From the NCBI GenBank assembly GCA_907165135.1, contig OU015567.1, forward strand, positions 1,178,001-1,242,000: 64,000 nt of DNA, given 5' to 3'. Under the pieces are notes generated by a model. That model did not search any database. It was not told the origin of the DNA and saw only the letters and a list, made by a program, of their open reading frames with translations. This document shows positions 36,029 through 49,013 of this stretch, in pieces; position 1 is the first letter of the stretch; each line of letters starts with the position of its first letter. Both the position numbers and the translations under genes were made by a program. The stretch is from Oikopleura dioica (taxonomy: Eukaryota > Animalia > Chordata).

Positions 36029-36774
36029 TTAAAAAGATGCAACGCTTCCAAAAATACGACGAACCTTAGTTGGTTAGTACTTACGCACGAGATCAAGTAC
36101 AACCGATAAAAGGTCTCTCTCTCTCTCTATTTATCGCTAGCCCGCTAAGTCCTCTACCGCTGCTCATAATGACCTTATCACTAGCTGATAACAAACACAA
36201 AAGCGCCCGCTAAATATGCACATGATGAACTTTCAGATTTAGTTTTTAACTTATTCATGTTTCTCGCTGCTGATTAATGAGTCGAAAGTCGCAATTCTAT
36301 TTTCTTATCATTTAATAATTATGTCACAAACCCTGTTCCTGAATCTCTTATCACTCTCTCTTTTCGGCCATCAAATAATTAAGCGCCTTTTCGATTTTTC
36401 CGTTTTTGGTAATAACTGTCTAAGTAACTAATTACATGCAGATTTCTCGACGAAAAGAAGAAGAAAATCAGAGTCGAAAAAAAAGCGCCAGAGCGCCCTC
36501 ACGCGGCAGCGAGAAAACAGCGCCAGTCGCGCCCAAACTTTTTATGGTTAGCGGCCAAATATTTGAAACAAATTGAAAACTTTCGAATCATGGAGGAATC
36601 AAGAAGACGCGATGTAGTTTTTCTTTTGAATGGAAAAATTTACGAGTGTGAGGAGATGGCCAACTTGCTTCGTTTATAATTTGACGGCAAATTTGAGGAA
36701 ATTATTCGAATTTCTTCCTTTTTTGTAAAGAAAAAGAGTTGTTCTTAAGGCGATTTTTACTGAATAAGCAACTT

Positions 36775-36990
36775 AGGGTTAGATGTAGTGCTAGGGTTAG
36801 AATTCGTGGATGGGGTCATAAGTTATGACTCATAAGTCGGGTAGCCCCTTAGTGAGGTCGCTTAGGGTAAGGGGCCTTCTAACCCTAAGCGGCTTAGGCA
36901 AAGCCTTACTAAGGGGACTACGCCCCCGGCACCCCTCTCCCCCGTACCCAACAGTAGTTACTTCAAGTCTCCTAACCCTAACCCTATCCG
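36775..36990. repeat. Element-like stretch with TTAGGG/CCCTAA motifs at both ends
   Basis: TTAGGGTTAG..CTAGGGTTAG on the left, CTAACCCTAACCCTA on the right, with a GC-rich core resembling 27009-27221. Confidence 0.5.
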
Positions 36991-39900
36991 AGGGCTCAAA
37001 CATTAAGTCATTTTTGAGAATAATTTTTCAGTGTTCTTCGATGATTGGTCAGATCTCTTCCAAAAAACAGCATTCTTTACTCAAGAAAACTTCTGAATCA
37101 CTACCTCACTTATCTCATTATGTCTGATTGAGAAAGAAATAGAATGCGTAAATGGATAATGTTTAAAAATAATTCAGGATGACCAAAATGGTAAGCAATC
37201 GAATTCATTTGCTCTTGAGCTTTTTGCTCAGAGCTTCGACAAATTCAATAAGTGCCAATTATAGCAGTATAATAAGCGAACACGGGTTAACTTGTGGTAG
37301 CCATTGCGGCCGCCTTTTAATCAAAGCCTCATTTCGCGAAGAATACTGTATTTCTTTCCTGCTTTTGATAATCCCAAGTTGACAAATTTGAAATTCCAAA
37401 AACTCGAATCCAATCTGCAAAAAATTAAATCGACCGGAACCAAACAAGGATTACACGAGTTGACATGCGCCCCGCCATTTCAAAGGCCAATGAATAAAAT
37501 TACTTTGGCTTTTATTCAAATACTTATCAATATCGCCCCTAGGGCGGTATTTAAGCCCGCTAGAATTACAATTTTTAATTCTTGTTGCTCTTTTTTAAGA
37601 TGAAAAGAACATGTTTTGGGTGTTTTAGAATTTCAGGACTTCCGCTAAAATTAAGGGTGTAGAGTCCATTAACCGCATATGGGGATATTTTGACTCTAGA
37701 ATTGTTTTTTTCTATCCGACTCAACTTGAAACACTTCATATGCCGCGGATTTCTTTGTAGAAAACAGCTTTGATGACTCAAAAACTAGATGTTTTTTCTA
37801 GTAATTAAATTTCTAGAACATGTGTTCGGTCATGTCACATGACTCATGTGACTAATACATGACTCATGTGACTAATCGAGCCGGGTCAAAGAGACACAGC
37901 GCAAATCTCGTGAGCTCACTTGTATTCTAGTAGTCGTCATAAAAAAAAGTAAGAAGGAAAGATTTTTCCACGGGAATTATGCCAATCGCGAAATAATTAC
38001 CAAAACAAAAGTCGACTCAATAACATAAGAATGCCTATGAGTACTCCATTCGCCTCTATTCCCAACAATTATACATAAACGCTTGGATTTGAAAGGTCAA
38101 TAAGGAGAAAATTGAAAAACGGAAACACCATAATTGCCAAATTTTCCAGCAAAAATGGCCAAAATAGTGACGTATAATTTTGATAACAAAAATAAAAGAA
38201 AAATTAAAAGTAAGATCAAAAAAAAACTTTATTCAAAAATCACTATAAATGACCATTCGTGACCTTAAATGACCTTTAATGACCTCTTATGACCTTTTGA
38301 TAATAACTTCGAATTTATTTTTGTTTTTTCAATTTTTACCTGTAATGAAAAATGCATCCGAAATCGTCACCACATCTCTTTTTCTTCTAATCTCTTATTT
38401 TTGTTTGAAAAATATTTGTTTTTTTGTTTCTTATTTTTGTTTTGAAAAAAGAAATTGATAAAGATTTTGATTAAATGATGATTTCTTTAATTCTGGCCGC
38501 GCGTTAAGATAATAAAAGGGTTTCTTTTTTTGGTGGCGCAGCGACTCTAGTTACTACTGGTAATGGTGGTGGTGGTGCTGAAGGGGCAACCGATCTAACA
38601 TAAAGAAAAGTTTATAAGCGCTTGGAACCGCGCAACGCCGCACCCGCTCCACTAGCCAAGCCCTACACCACCAAAATTAATAGGGTGGCCGCGCCTGTCG
38701 CACAAAATTTGAACTGAGATTTCTGTTTCAGTTTAAAAATTCCATATTTTTTTGAAAAATCAAATATTTATCTGATATTCTTTAAAAAAAATTAGTTGCT
38801 CTTACATAAGTCTTTTTTAATATATTTTTATATTAATAACGGCCGCATAAATCTTGTTTTTCAGAGATTTAAGATTGAAAATTTTGCAATTGTCACAAAA
38901 ATTGAGATCGAAACTGTTTCATGCAAGGAAAAACCTGAATTCTTAGAATAAATGCGCCGCGCCACCAAAAATTGCGCGACAACCCTAGCCCCCGATGCCT
39001 AAATTTAAGCGTTCGCAACCAATTACTAAAGCTGGCGCAACTCCAAACTCATTTTAACGAGTAACTAGCACCACCGAGAAAATCTAGTCAAGTCTAGTAG
39101 AGTAATAGAATTGCTGCGTATCTAATCATAGATCGGCAGATTCAACACTGAGTCATAATTTTTTACTTAAATGAGAATTTTTATTAAAAAAATTTTCTAA
39201 TAAAGATTTTTAAAATGAAATATTAATCATAAAAATTATTCTTGATCGAATTTATAATCAAATTAAAAAAAAGAAAATTTTATTTAACGGAGCTTCCACC
39301 CTTAATTATCTTCAAAGAAAATCATAGCAATTAAGGGGATCAGTTTCGATATAAAAAAACTTAAAAAAAATCTGTATTTTATTGTACGTAAATTTATTTC
39401 CAGAAACACAAAGTACAATTTCGAATAAAAAAACCGCAACTATCCTTTGTAATAATATTTAAGGCGCACCCATACACAAAAAATGCTCCCTTACTATTCG
39501 GCGGAGCTATTTTTACTTTGGTCGCTTCTCGGAAAGCGCGCTTGTCGAAAACAGGTATTAGAATTATTTAGACTAAAACTATGTGTGGTTATTAGTCGTA
39601 CGCCACTTTCACTTTTTTCCTACTCAGTGTTGTGTGGTATCATTTAAGACTTTTGGCGGTGGTGGCGGCGCAGCGCCCCGAAATTGAAACTGGTGTGGTA
39701 AATAGCCAACCACAGTTTAAATGATTATAAGAGACCCTTAATTATTTCAAACTTAAAATACCGTTTTATTCCTTTTTATTCTAAATATTTTCAATTTTTT
39801 CTGAATTTTTTTTAACTTAAAATAAGGGGCTAGGGTGAAAACAACGAAGAAATTGAAAATTAAAATTTTTGACGAACTTTCGCCTTCAATTTAGAACACC

Positions 39901-40848
39901 CTTATCTTCTTCCAGAGCTCTTTCCAACGGCTTACTTATCAATAAGCCCGCCTTATCACGAAGTAGTGATAAAACTTAAGTTTTCCCTTCTGAGCTGCGG
40001 ATTTTTACTGCACCAATCTTGCCTTCTTTTGCGCACCTTAAGTTTTTGAACATGAAAAAAGCAACTTTCGAGTCGAAAAATTATCAACAGCGATAATTTA
40101 AAACCTTCCTTTTTCTAGATTGTATTCATTAATCAAAATGCAGAAAATTTGTCATTAAGATGTATTTTTACTAAAAATTGACAGTACCAAAAAAAAAAGC
40201 TTAAATCTTTCGTTAGATCTTAATTCAGTGAAAAGCCCCGGCTGATCACAAGTTTTAGTCTCTGCGTTCTGAGAATCGAGGTCGTTTTCTACACCGCTCT
40301 AGCAGTTGCCGGTGTCCTCTTTCTAAGCTGCCGAGAATTAAAAGTAGAAAAGAGTTAACTTCTTCTTTAAGAAAAATCACATAAAGGCTTAGCCGAGGGA
40401 TTAGTCTCTGATCTGGTGACTTGCCCCTGCACAGCCTTCTAAATTTAAACGAATAAGAGATGATTGATCTTGAAAAGAAAAGGTTTGCTTCTTATATATT
40501 TATATGGTTTATTCAAAAGTCCATAAAAATTTTTCGTTGTTGAAGTTCTCACTGTCATGAAAAGATATCTGTGATGCTTTTTTGGATTCACTTTATGATT
40601 TCCTAGAATACAGATAAATACATAAAAAATAAATAAACAAAGAAAGAACCGTTTCCTATAATAAGATCATAAGCTTCATGTGTTTGAAATTTGATAAACA
40701 TTGCCTTTCTTGAATGTTGATTTTTATCATAATGATTGTTGTCGTCCAAATGAAGTTGGAAAACAGACAACTGAACATTTTGTTATCTGAACTATGTAAT
40801 CTTTTCCACATTTGTCGGATTGGGCGTCATTCTCCAAATAGTTCCATT

Positions 40849-41304
40849 CAGGGTGGAACGTTGGGACCGGGCAACTCGGGCAAACCGGGCAAAAAATCGG
40901 GCGGGCGGGCTAATCGGGCGGCGTAGGGCTCGATTTTATGAGGTAAAAATCGGGCAAAGTCGGGCAATCGGGCAAAATCGGCGCCCGGGAAAATAGTCGG
41001 CGCCCGGAAGAAAAAATGGCATCTTATGGGACATTAATACTGAAATTTTCTTTAAGAACGACCGGTTTCGGTTCTCCATGAGTGCCCTTTTTCTTTCGGG
41101 ATACAAAATAATCCTTCTTCTTCAATAAATTTACATATTTTTTGGTTTTGGGGTTGCCGAAATTTCCGGGCAAAAGTCGGCGCCTGGGCAAATCGGGCGG
41201 GCAAAAAGTCGGGCGGCCATCGGGCGGCGCCGACAAAAAAAATTTTAATCGGGCGGGCAATCGGGCGGCCAAATTCAAATTTTTTGCCCCAACGTTCCAC
41301 CCTG
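40849..41304. mobile_element. hAT-like MITE, 456 bp, in an exon
   Basis: 17-bp TIRs CAGGGTGGAACGTTGGG; 8-bp TSD GTTCCATT (40841-40848 and 41305-41312); repeated ATCGGGC subterminal motifs. Confidence 0.92.
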
Positions 41305-41800
41305 GTTCCATTGTTAGAAAGGTGGATAAATTCGCCATCTCCCCATGTCCACTGCAATTCATTGTGAACAAACTCAATTCTACCTCTACGATGGCAGTTA
41401 GGCAAGCTCTCAAGTTCAATCCACCGTAAAGGATAGCCCTCATCCTTAGTTGCATTCACAACTGTTGCATAACCATCCCATATGGTAACAATTCCTTGTC
41501 TTCGCCCATCTTTTGTAATTCGAAGATCATCACAAGAGTCATTGCAATCTCAAGATTAGATATAAAAAGCAAGTTTTATAAACTTTATTTTTACAAACTT
41601 ACCTTTGTATTGCGAATCACAAACTGATTGACAATATTCAGTCTCGCATAAAAGTCGACATTGAGCAAAATCAATCCGACAAACATCAAGACACTCTCTC
41701 TTTGGATCGCTGAATATATTTTTTCTTATTTTTATAATTGAATTTCCTTGGACTTACAAGCAGTTCTGACCAAAAACAGAGGCATAAAGGAGAAAAATAT

Positions 41801-42526
41801 GGATACACGACGTTTTCAGCATACCGACGTTTTCAGCAACCGACGTTTTCAGCGTACCGACGTTTTCAGCGCTGCTGAATTCGTCAGTTTGCTGAAAACA
41901 TCGGTTTGCTGAAAACGTCGTTTTTCACCTGAAAATGCGTGGGTGTTTGCCGAGACGATATTTTCAAACCAAATGGATCTAAAAGCGACGTTGTCGCAAT
42001 TTAATTGGCCTATTAAAAGTTTAAATGCATTTCTAAATGAGTCATTAAGAATGCATTATTTAGAAAAGTAATAAGAATTAGCTAAATATCTTTTTTAACA
42101 CATAATTATCATAATAATCATAGTCACCAGTAAGTTAACAGTATTAACGTATTATTCAGTTTAGTGAATATGCTTTTAAAACATTGAAAATAATGATAAA
42201 TCAATATTGAAAAACTTTTTCATCTTTAGATAAAAATAAAAGTTCTATTAAATATAATCTTTTGTAACTGATTCATTAGTATTACATCGATTTTAAATTA
42301 TTTTACGATTTACCGAAATGTTATATATACGATATTATATCGTTTTCAGATGGAATTTGATTAAATGGTGGCCTCTCTAAACACCCACGCATTTTCAGGT
42401 GAAAAACGACGTTTTCAGCAAACCGATGTTTTCAGCAAACCGACGAATTCAGCAGCGCTGAAAACGTCGGTACGCTGAAAACGTCGGTTGCTGAAAACGT
42501 CGGTATGCTGAAAACGTCGTGTATCC
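41801..42526. mobile_element. Mutator-like foldback MITE, 726 bp, in the signal-peptide exon
   Basis: About 148-bp near-perfect TIRs (41801-41948 and 42379-42526) built from CGACGTTTTCAGC units; 9-bp TSD GAAAAATAT (41792-41800 and 42527-42535); AT-rich core. Confidence 0.92.
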
Positions 42527-43043
42527 GAAAAATATGCCACATCTCTTCGAGCTGGTCTGCGAGGTTGGCAAAAATAATGAAATTTCCAATTCCAAATCAT
42601 GGTTTTGACCTTTTTGATGTTTGACTATCAAAAATTTGAACTTTATCAACCTCGAAATTCGAAATAAAGAAAAATATACGGGTAGATGCAACAGTGACGA
42701 AACAATAAATTCTGATCATCCCTTGGGAGTCGAGTCCAAATCGCGCGATCGGATCCCAAGAGATTTTTCTCAGCATCGACGAAAATGAGATTTCGACGCC
42801 GCTTCTCAAGTCTTAGCTCAGAAACAGAATATAAACGCCAGAGAAAAAGTGAGTATTTAAAAGATATATTCTTCCCTGGAGAAAAACGCTTACTCTGTGG
42901 AAATTCTAGCTTTTTGATTTGACAAATTTAACGAGCTGATGATTGTTCGTGATTCAACTTCAAATTATAATGAGGGAAAAATAGAAAACCTTCCTATAAA
43001 AATAGAGTTTTTTTGGCGCTAGAATCTGAATTTTGTTTCTAAG

Positions 43044-44629
43044 GTAACTCGCTTCCTCCGCCATAACATTTTACGTCACAATCAGAGAGAAAAGGACAAA
43101 AGCAGCCGTCCACTGCCTGAGCGACCTCTGATCGCCCTCAAGGGTGAATCTATAAGTCAATATTGAAATTTCAATGCTAACTTACGCTGTTTCAGACGAA
43201 AATGATTCTTTCACTCGTTTCGCAGAAGCTGATTGAAGGGCGCGAAACACTATGACTTGAAAATTTGGAAGGAAAAAAGAGAAACAAAAAAATATGGAGA
43301 TGGAAGGTCAACTCAGTTTTTATGGTAAATATATATTTTCTGGTTCCTCTGCATTTTTTTCATTCAGCTCGAGCAGCATTGATGGGTTACAAACACGATT
43401 GCGAAGTGCAGGAATTTTACCAATCATATCTCGCCAAGAAAGATACGATCCTGAGCAAGTATTTCGAAAAAGCTCAAACTTTGCCGAAAAATATTCCTTG
43501 TGGAGAGACTCGATTTATGATTCAGGTACTTAATCATTTCATTAGTCGCCTTTTTGATTGATTTTTAGGAGCTTCCGGAAGAGATACTCATTATCTTTCC
43601 GGGGACAAGACAGGAACTGCTGGGTTTTTGTGTCGATGCTCATGCTGATTTTGATATTCCACTCAAAGGTTTGGCCCTTTTTGACCATTGAATCGAGCAG
43701 TTTCGCTTTAGAGACGACTTTTCTCGGAGAAACCTTCAAAACCCATCGAGGCTTTTTACGGCGATACTTGAGCTACCGACGGCGGCTTCTAGAAATCGTC
43801 AGCGAGTTCGGAAAAGACAAGCGCTTCGTTGTTGTTGGACACAGTCTTGGCGCGGCAGTGGCGACCTTCGCCAGTCTGGAGTTGAAAAACAAGGGTGTGT
43901 TGATTCTTTCGAAATTAATTTTCGAGTCATTGACATTTTTCAAGGATACGATGTGTTCTGTGTGACTCTCGCGGGGCCCAAGATTGGCGATGCCAGCTTT
44001 AATTCTCTTGCGGAGAGGATTAACCCGCCAACAGTCAGAATAAACAGGATTAATGATCCAATGCCAAAGCTTTCTGCGCATGGACCGTTCCGAGTCGAGG
44101 TATCGTAAACACCGAAAGTCTTGTTTTTCAGCAAAAATACAGGCATATGGCGAAGAAATAATTATCGATGAGCCAAATGCAGTTTGGACCGGTTACGCTA
44201 TTTGGGTCGCCGCCTGCTCGTTTGTCTTCAAATCTGGATTGTTGATGTTTTTCATGACGATCTTTGGAATGGGCGTGAGTCTAACTCTCACGCACTCGAT
44301 GAAAGGATACATAAACATTCTCGACCAATTGGAGAACCAAAATAGAAAACTAATCAAAGGTGCCCCAATTTCTAAAGATTCTCCTTGTTGATTTCAACTC
44401 TTCAGAAACTGCCAAAAACTACCCGGAACGAAATATCAAATGCATCTTCCAATGGCTCCCAATGTCGATAATCACCGCTATCGGCTACGTTTGGTACTAC
44501 ACGAGTCACAGTATTCGCCGAACGAGGAAGTACTTGAGGAAAACTCTTCCAAGACAACTCGCTGAGAAGATTTTGGAAGACTCGGGCGCCAAACACAAGA
44601 TTTCAGTAAAAAATGAAAAACAAATTTAA
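43044..44629 (+). CDS. Class 3 lipase family protein with hydrophobic segments
   Basis: Motifs IIFPGT, KTHRGF, VVVGHSLGAAVA, TLAGPKIGD, RINDPMP and THSMKGY over 40-50 nt introns; stop at 44629. The 5' part has an apparent frameshift near 43234. Confidence 0.82.
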
Positions 44630-44870
44630 AACAAAAATAACGCGTTTTGCATGTGCACATTATTTATTTAATGTTAAAATATAAAAAATAAACTCATAAA
44701 TTACTTGATTTTTCGCAGTCAGAATGCAAAGAAAAAATCAAGTTAAAAGTTTGGCACTTACTGTTTTCGTTAGTAACAAAGTATTGAAAATACATATTTT
44801 CTCTAGAAACAGTAAGCAACCATCGATTTATTTTCATTTTTTGCTATTCACGCAGTAAAACAGAGAAAAA

Positions 44871-45985
44871 ATGCACGGTGGATACGGAATGCCCCAGCAA
44901 GCACCGCCCATGCAGCAGGCACCGCCACCACCACCACCTCACCAGAACAACTTCAACAACATGCAGCCGATAACGAATCAGCCTATGCCAAAAGACGAGT
45001 ACAATCACAATCAGTCTTTAAGTGTATAAAACGATTTCTAGACCTCTTGAAATGCCTACACAAGAACAAAGCTTGGTTGGAAATTTGACAATTTGCTGTG
45101 CAACAATTTTCAACGCAATTTGCTGCCCCTTCACAATCTGGAACGTCGTCAATGTTGTCCAAGGTAAACTTATCAATAATCACAGAAAAATAGGATCGAT
45201 CTAGAATACGAGCGCGCCGTTATCTTGCGAAACGGTATCATCCAAGGAAAAGCGTCTGGCCCAGGACTCTTCTGCATCATTCCAGGACCAGATGAATTCA
45301 AGCGAATTGATCTTCGAGAGAGAGCTGTTGACATTATGCCTCAGGTAGGGAAATCAACCTTGACGAAAGCTATCCCTTCTTAGCAAGTTTTGACGAAAGA
45401 CTCCGTCCCACTCAGAGTCGATGCTGTTGTCTACTACAAAATTTTCGATCCAACAAAAATGGTCCTTCGAGTCACTGACGCCAATGCCTCGACCATTCAA
45501 ACATGCGCGACCAATCTCAGAAGCTGTCTTTGTAAGTCAAATTCTTCATTCTCATTTCTCATTTTTCAATTTTTAAGCAAACTACGATCTTCGTCAGATT
45601 CTAGACAACATGCCAGCTATTACAAACCAGCTCCTCCAGCAAGTTGATAAGGCAACGGATCCCTGGGGAATCCAAGTCACCAAAGTCGAGATTAAAGACG
45701 TCCGACTTCCTCCCCAGATTCAGCGATCTATGGCCGCCGAAGCCGAGTCTTCTCGGGAAGCAAAAGCTAAGGTAAACCCTCAATATAAATATCATTCTCA
45801 AAAAATCATAGATCCTCGCCGCTGAAGGAGAAAAACACGCGTCAGAGGCTCTCTCCGAAGCAGCTGCAATCATGAACGAAGCTCCCGCCGCTCTGCAGCT
45901 TCGATATCTTCAGACTTTGGCTCAAATCTCCACTGAAAATCCATCAACAATTCTCTTCCCGCTTCCGATGTCCCTGGCTCAGTAA
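44871..45985 (+). CDS. STOM: Stomatin / band-7 (SPFH) family protein
   Basis: Pro/Gln-rich N-terminus, hydrophobic hairpin, then [60 protein letters not shown] and [17 protein letters not shown]; all introns canonical. Confidence 0.93.
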
Positions 45986-46143
45986 ATGAAGACATAAAAG
46001 AGAAAGAAAACAGAATATTTATTTAAAACTGTAAAACTATATTCTATTTATGAAATAAAATAAAAATTTTTTTAGAAAATTGTTTATTTTTCCTCAAAAA
46101 AACAGAAAAATCTATACAAAAAGAACTCTTTCAAAATCGAAGA

Positions 46144-47356
46144 CTATCCATAAGGATTGCCATAATTCATTCCATCGCAAACAACAGCAACTTGTCCACC
46201 TTCGCAGCATTGGAGTGTATCCTTATCGAAGGTTTTTCCTCCGCAGCAGCCTCTTGTGTTATCGTAGGAGTAATAAGGGAATCTATCGGGATAAGCTCCG
46301 CAGCATTGATCTGGTGGAAAGCCAGGTCCACCGCCGGTTGCGATGCAGGTTGCAGTGTCGAAGCCATTTTCTAGAAAAACGGGTTGAAAAGTGGGCCGTA
46401 AGTGTTGAGAGACCTGTGGAAAACTCATCGTTGAATTCGATCGCAGATTGGAAAAGAGAGACCGCGAGTTTGACATCGCATTCGCAGGCATTTCGCTCGC
46501 AGGTTCCCTCGGCCCCGGCAAGCTCGCATGAGATTTCTGAGCTCTCGGCAAAATACAGGACATCACTTAAAGGTTTTGGTCATCAATCAATATTTTATTG
46601 TTCAAGGGAGAAACAAACTGTGAATAGAATCATTGATTTCATTTAAGAGTAATTGTGACGATCACTTCAGTCAGATTTGGCCTTATAACTTAATTTTAAA
46701 TTGAATTATGGTCTTTCCTACAAACAATCAATGCCTTAGAACAAGCTGTTTAAAGTTCAAAAAATCTCGATCGTCCGGTAGACATAAAAACTTTGAATCA
46801 AAAAATCAAAATATTTACCTGTAGGTTGAGCTTATCCCATTACAGTTAGAATCGTCTTGATTGATACAATCATAGCACTTATTCCAACTTCGACAAGCAG
46901 TGTCCAAGTTATCCGTTGGCGTTCCCTTATTCGAGTTCGCCCAATTTTCCGGACTATAAAACTGGCACCAGCAGCCGTAGCCATTTAGAATTTGGTCATA
47001 AGTCGGCAAATTTGCAGAATCAGGTGAGTTCTGAAGAAGCCAGTAGAGAATGTCTGCAACTTTGTCTCGATTGTCGCCGATTTTCAATGCTCGCTGGGTT
47101 GGGAGAAGCTTTGCTCCGGCTGGTAAATTCGACGGCTTTTTTGATTTCAAAATTGTTTTCCGCAAAAAATGGATAAAAAAAATGATGTTTTTAAGAAATT
47201 TTCCTTTTTGTTGTTTTTGTTCTTCTTCTTTTTGTTTCTACCACCACCTCTCAGGATATTTCCCATGTTGTAGCCGGGAAGGGACTCCCCTGTATTCTCG
47301 AAATAGTCCAGATCCACGGCCTCAACGAGTGCCAACCCTAAAGCTGCAATTTTCAT
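46144..47356 (-). CDS. Secreted PLA2-fold (otoconin-like) Cys-rich protein, probably non-catalytic
   Basis: Signal MKIAALGLALVEA; YGCWC..GTPTDNLDTACRSWNKCYDC; C-terminus CCGAYPDRFPY..RGCCGGKTF..QCC. Confidence 0.8.
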
Positions 47357-47429
47357 CTTCGAAAAATTCTTGTAAAAAATATTCTTCGAAACTGCTTTGG
47401 TATGATCTCTTTCGCAACAATAAACTGCA

Positions 47430-48814
47430 TCCAGCCTTGATGGTCTTGGTTAAAAAGGGTCAATTCTCCACAGCGGCTGGATTTTCATGGGTGGCGGTCG
47501 TCGGATGAAGCAGTTTTGGTAATTTGGCGCGACCGCGGGAAATTATTTCTAAGCAAGATGCACGTCTCCACTGCAGTAGGCCCTCACCGCCGAGGTGACA
47601 TGATTACTTTGAAGTGAATCAAGTTGGTGCAAATGGCATTTTCGATGATGCAAGAATTAATACTTCAAATTAATTCAATTGAATTTAGAAGTTGAGCATT
47701 TGCCTTTGAGTTTGAGGCATCTGATGCTAATGCAAAGATTCTATCTCTTAAATATTTTAAACCTAGGTTTGGGGTTAAGGTTAGGATTTTGCAAAGCTCA
47801 AAAAAATTGGGAAGTTGTCAGAAACCGACAAAAAATTCCGACAAATTTTGCGTGGAAATTTTCAACCAATAAGGAACCTGGATTCGGCTGACCGGCCAAT
47901 CAGTAGCCGAGAAGCCGCCCACGCAAAATTTGTCGATATTTTTGTCGGTTCCTGACGCCACCCCGAATAATTGAATCTGTCAGGAGTCCACAAGTTCAAT
48001 TTTGTCATTCAAATTCTTGGCTATTCTGGACATTCGAACTATCGAAAATTGATATGCAGATATCAACTATCGATGGAAAAAAATTAAGAATTCATCAAAT
48101 TCGGATGTGTTTGAGTTCAAGTCTACCCAGCTAAGTGTATATCTTACAAGCTTTGGCGTGAGAGAACACTTAAATTAAAAATTAACGCTTCTTTTTTTTA
48201 ACAAAAGAAAATCAAATTACGAAATACCTTTCGTGGTACTCTCTTCTATGATTCCGTGTCACAAAAATAAGAGAATACTAAGAAAAAAGTTTGCTTAGAG
48301 CCGATGGCGTCATATGATGACTTTGCATAAAATATCATTGTCGCAGAAGAAAAAGGGATGATTTCGAGAAAAAGAGCGAAGAATAAAAAGCTGCTGAAAA
48401 TACGAAAATAACGACTTTATAAACCGAAATCTAGGTTTCAAGGTAATTTTTCTACCTTAATCTAGCCCTTACCCATTTTCTAGCCGAAACCCTAACCTTT
48501 ACTCAAACCCTCTCTTTCTTTCCATATCAATTTCAGAACAAAAACTCTACGAGCGATCGACAACAGTAAATAAAGCCAAGGAAAGACGCGAAAACCCCGT
48601 CCTTTTTTCGAGAGGTACTTAGCATACGCTATTGGAGCATCAATAAATATTGCGTCGATCGTGCCACCGCAAAAATATCCGAGAAAAGCCTGTTGATCCG
48701 CAAGAGAAAGGAACACGAATGAATGAGAAATTTGGAGCTGAACAGAAGCGCTAAGAAAAAGTAAGTATCCGAATAGGCATTTTTCTTCGTGTACGCCGGT
48801 TTGGAATAAAACAT
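47430..48814 (-). CDS. Possible uncharacterised hydrophobic multi-exon gene
   Basis: Short hydrophobic ORFs at 48492-48814 and splice-bounded segments near 47430-47660; not assembled. Confidence 0.25.
47809..47964. mobile_element. MITE family A copy
   Basis: TGTCAGAAACCGACAAAAA ... TTTTGTCGGTTCCTGACGCCACCCC; internal CCAAT boxes. Confidence 0.8.
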
Positions 48815-49013
48815 AACGCGGATAATGATTTACTGTGTCGAGAAAAGAGGAATATTAGATGGTCTAAGAAACGATTTTCTCAGTCTGTAAATGGGGAGAC
48901 TTATCAGTTGTTAGATACAGTTTATCATGGATACGGACAATTTGAAAGGAAAACGTAAACAAATAAACTGATTCAGAAACAGAAACAATGATCCATTGCG
49001 ACGGTACAACTAC

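Larger units (their letters stand above)
40440..42542 (-). pseudogene. Secreted Cys-rich protein gene disrupted by two exonic MITEs
   Basis: With both MITEs removed it reads MWHIFLLYASVFGQNCFDPKRECLDVCRIDFAQCRLLCETEYCQSVCDSQYKDCNDSCDD..HLSNNGTIWRMTPN across canonical introns. ATG at 42540-42542; 3' end approximate. Confidence 0.7.

Noticed and set aside
40714-41459. ORFs 40714-40926, 41024-41455 and 41142-41429
   Set aside because: They read through or lie inside the hAT-like MITE; only the part of 41052-41459 outside the MITE is real coding sequence.
41801-41948. CRISPR-like short repeats CGACGTTTTCAGC
   Set aside because: Subterminal repeats within a perfect TIR pair with a 9-bp TSD.
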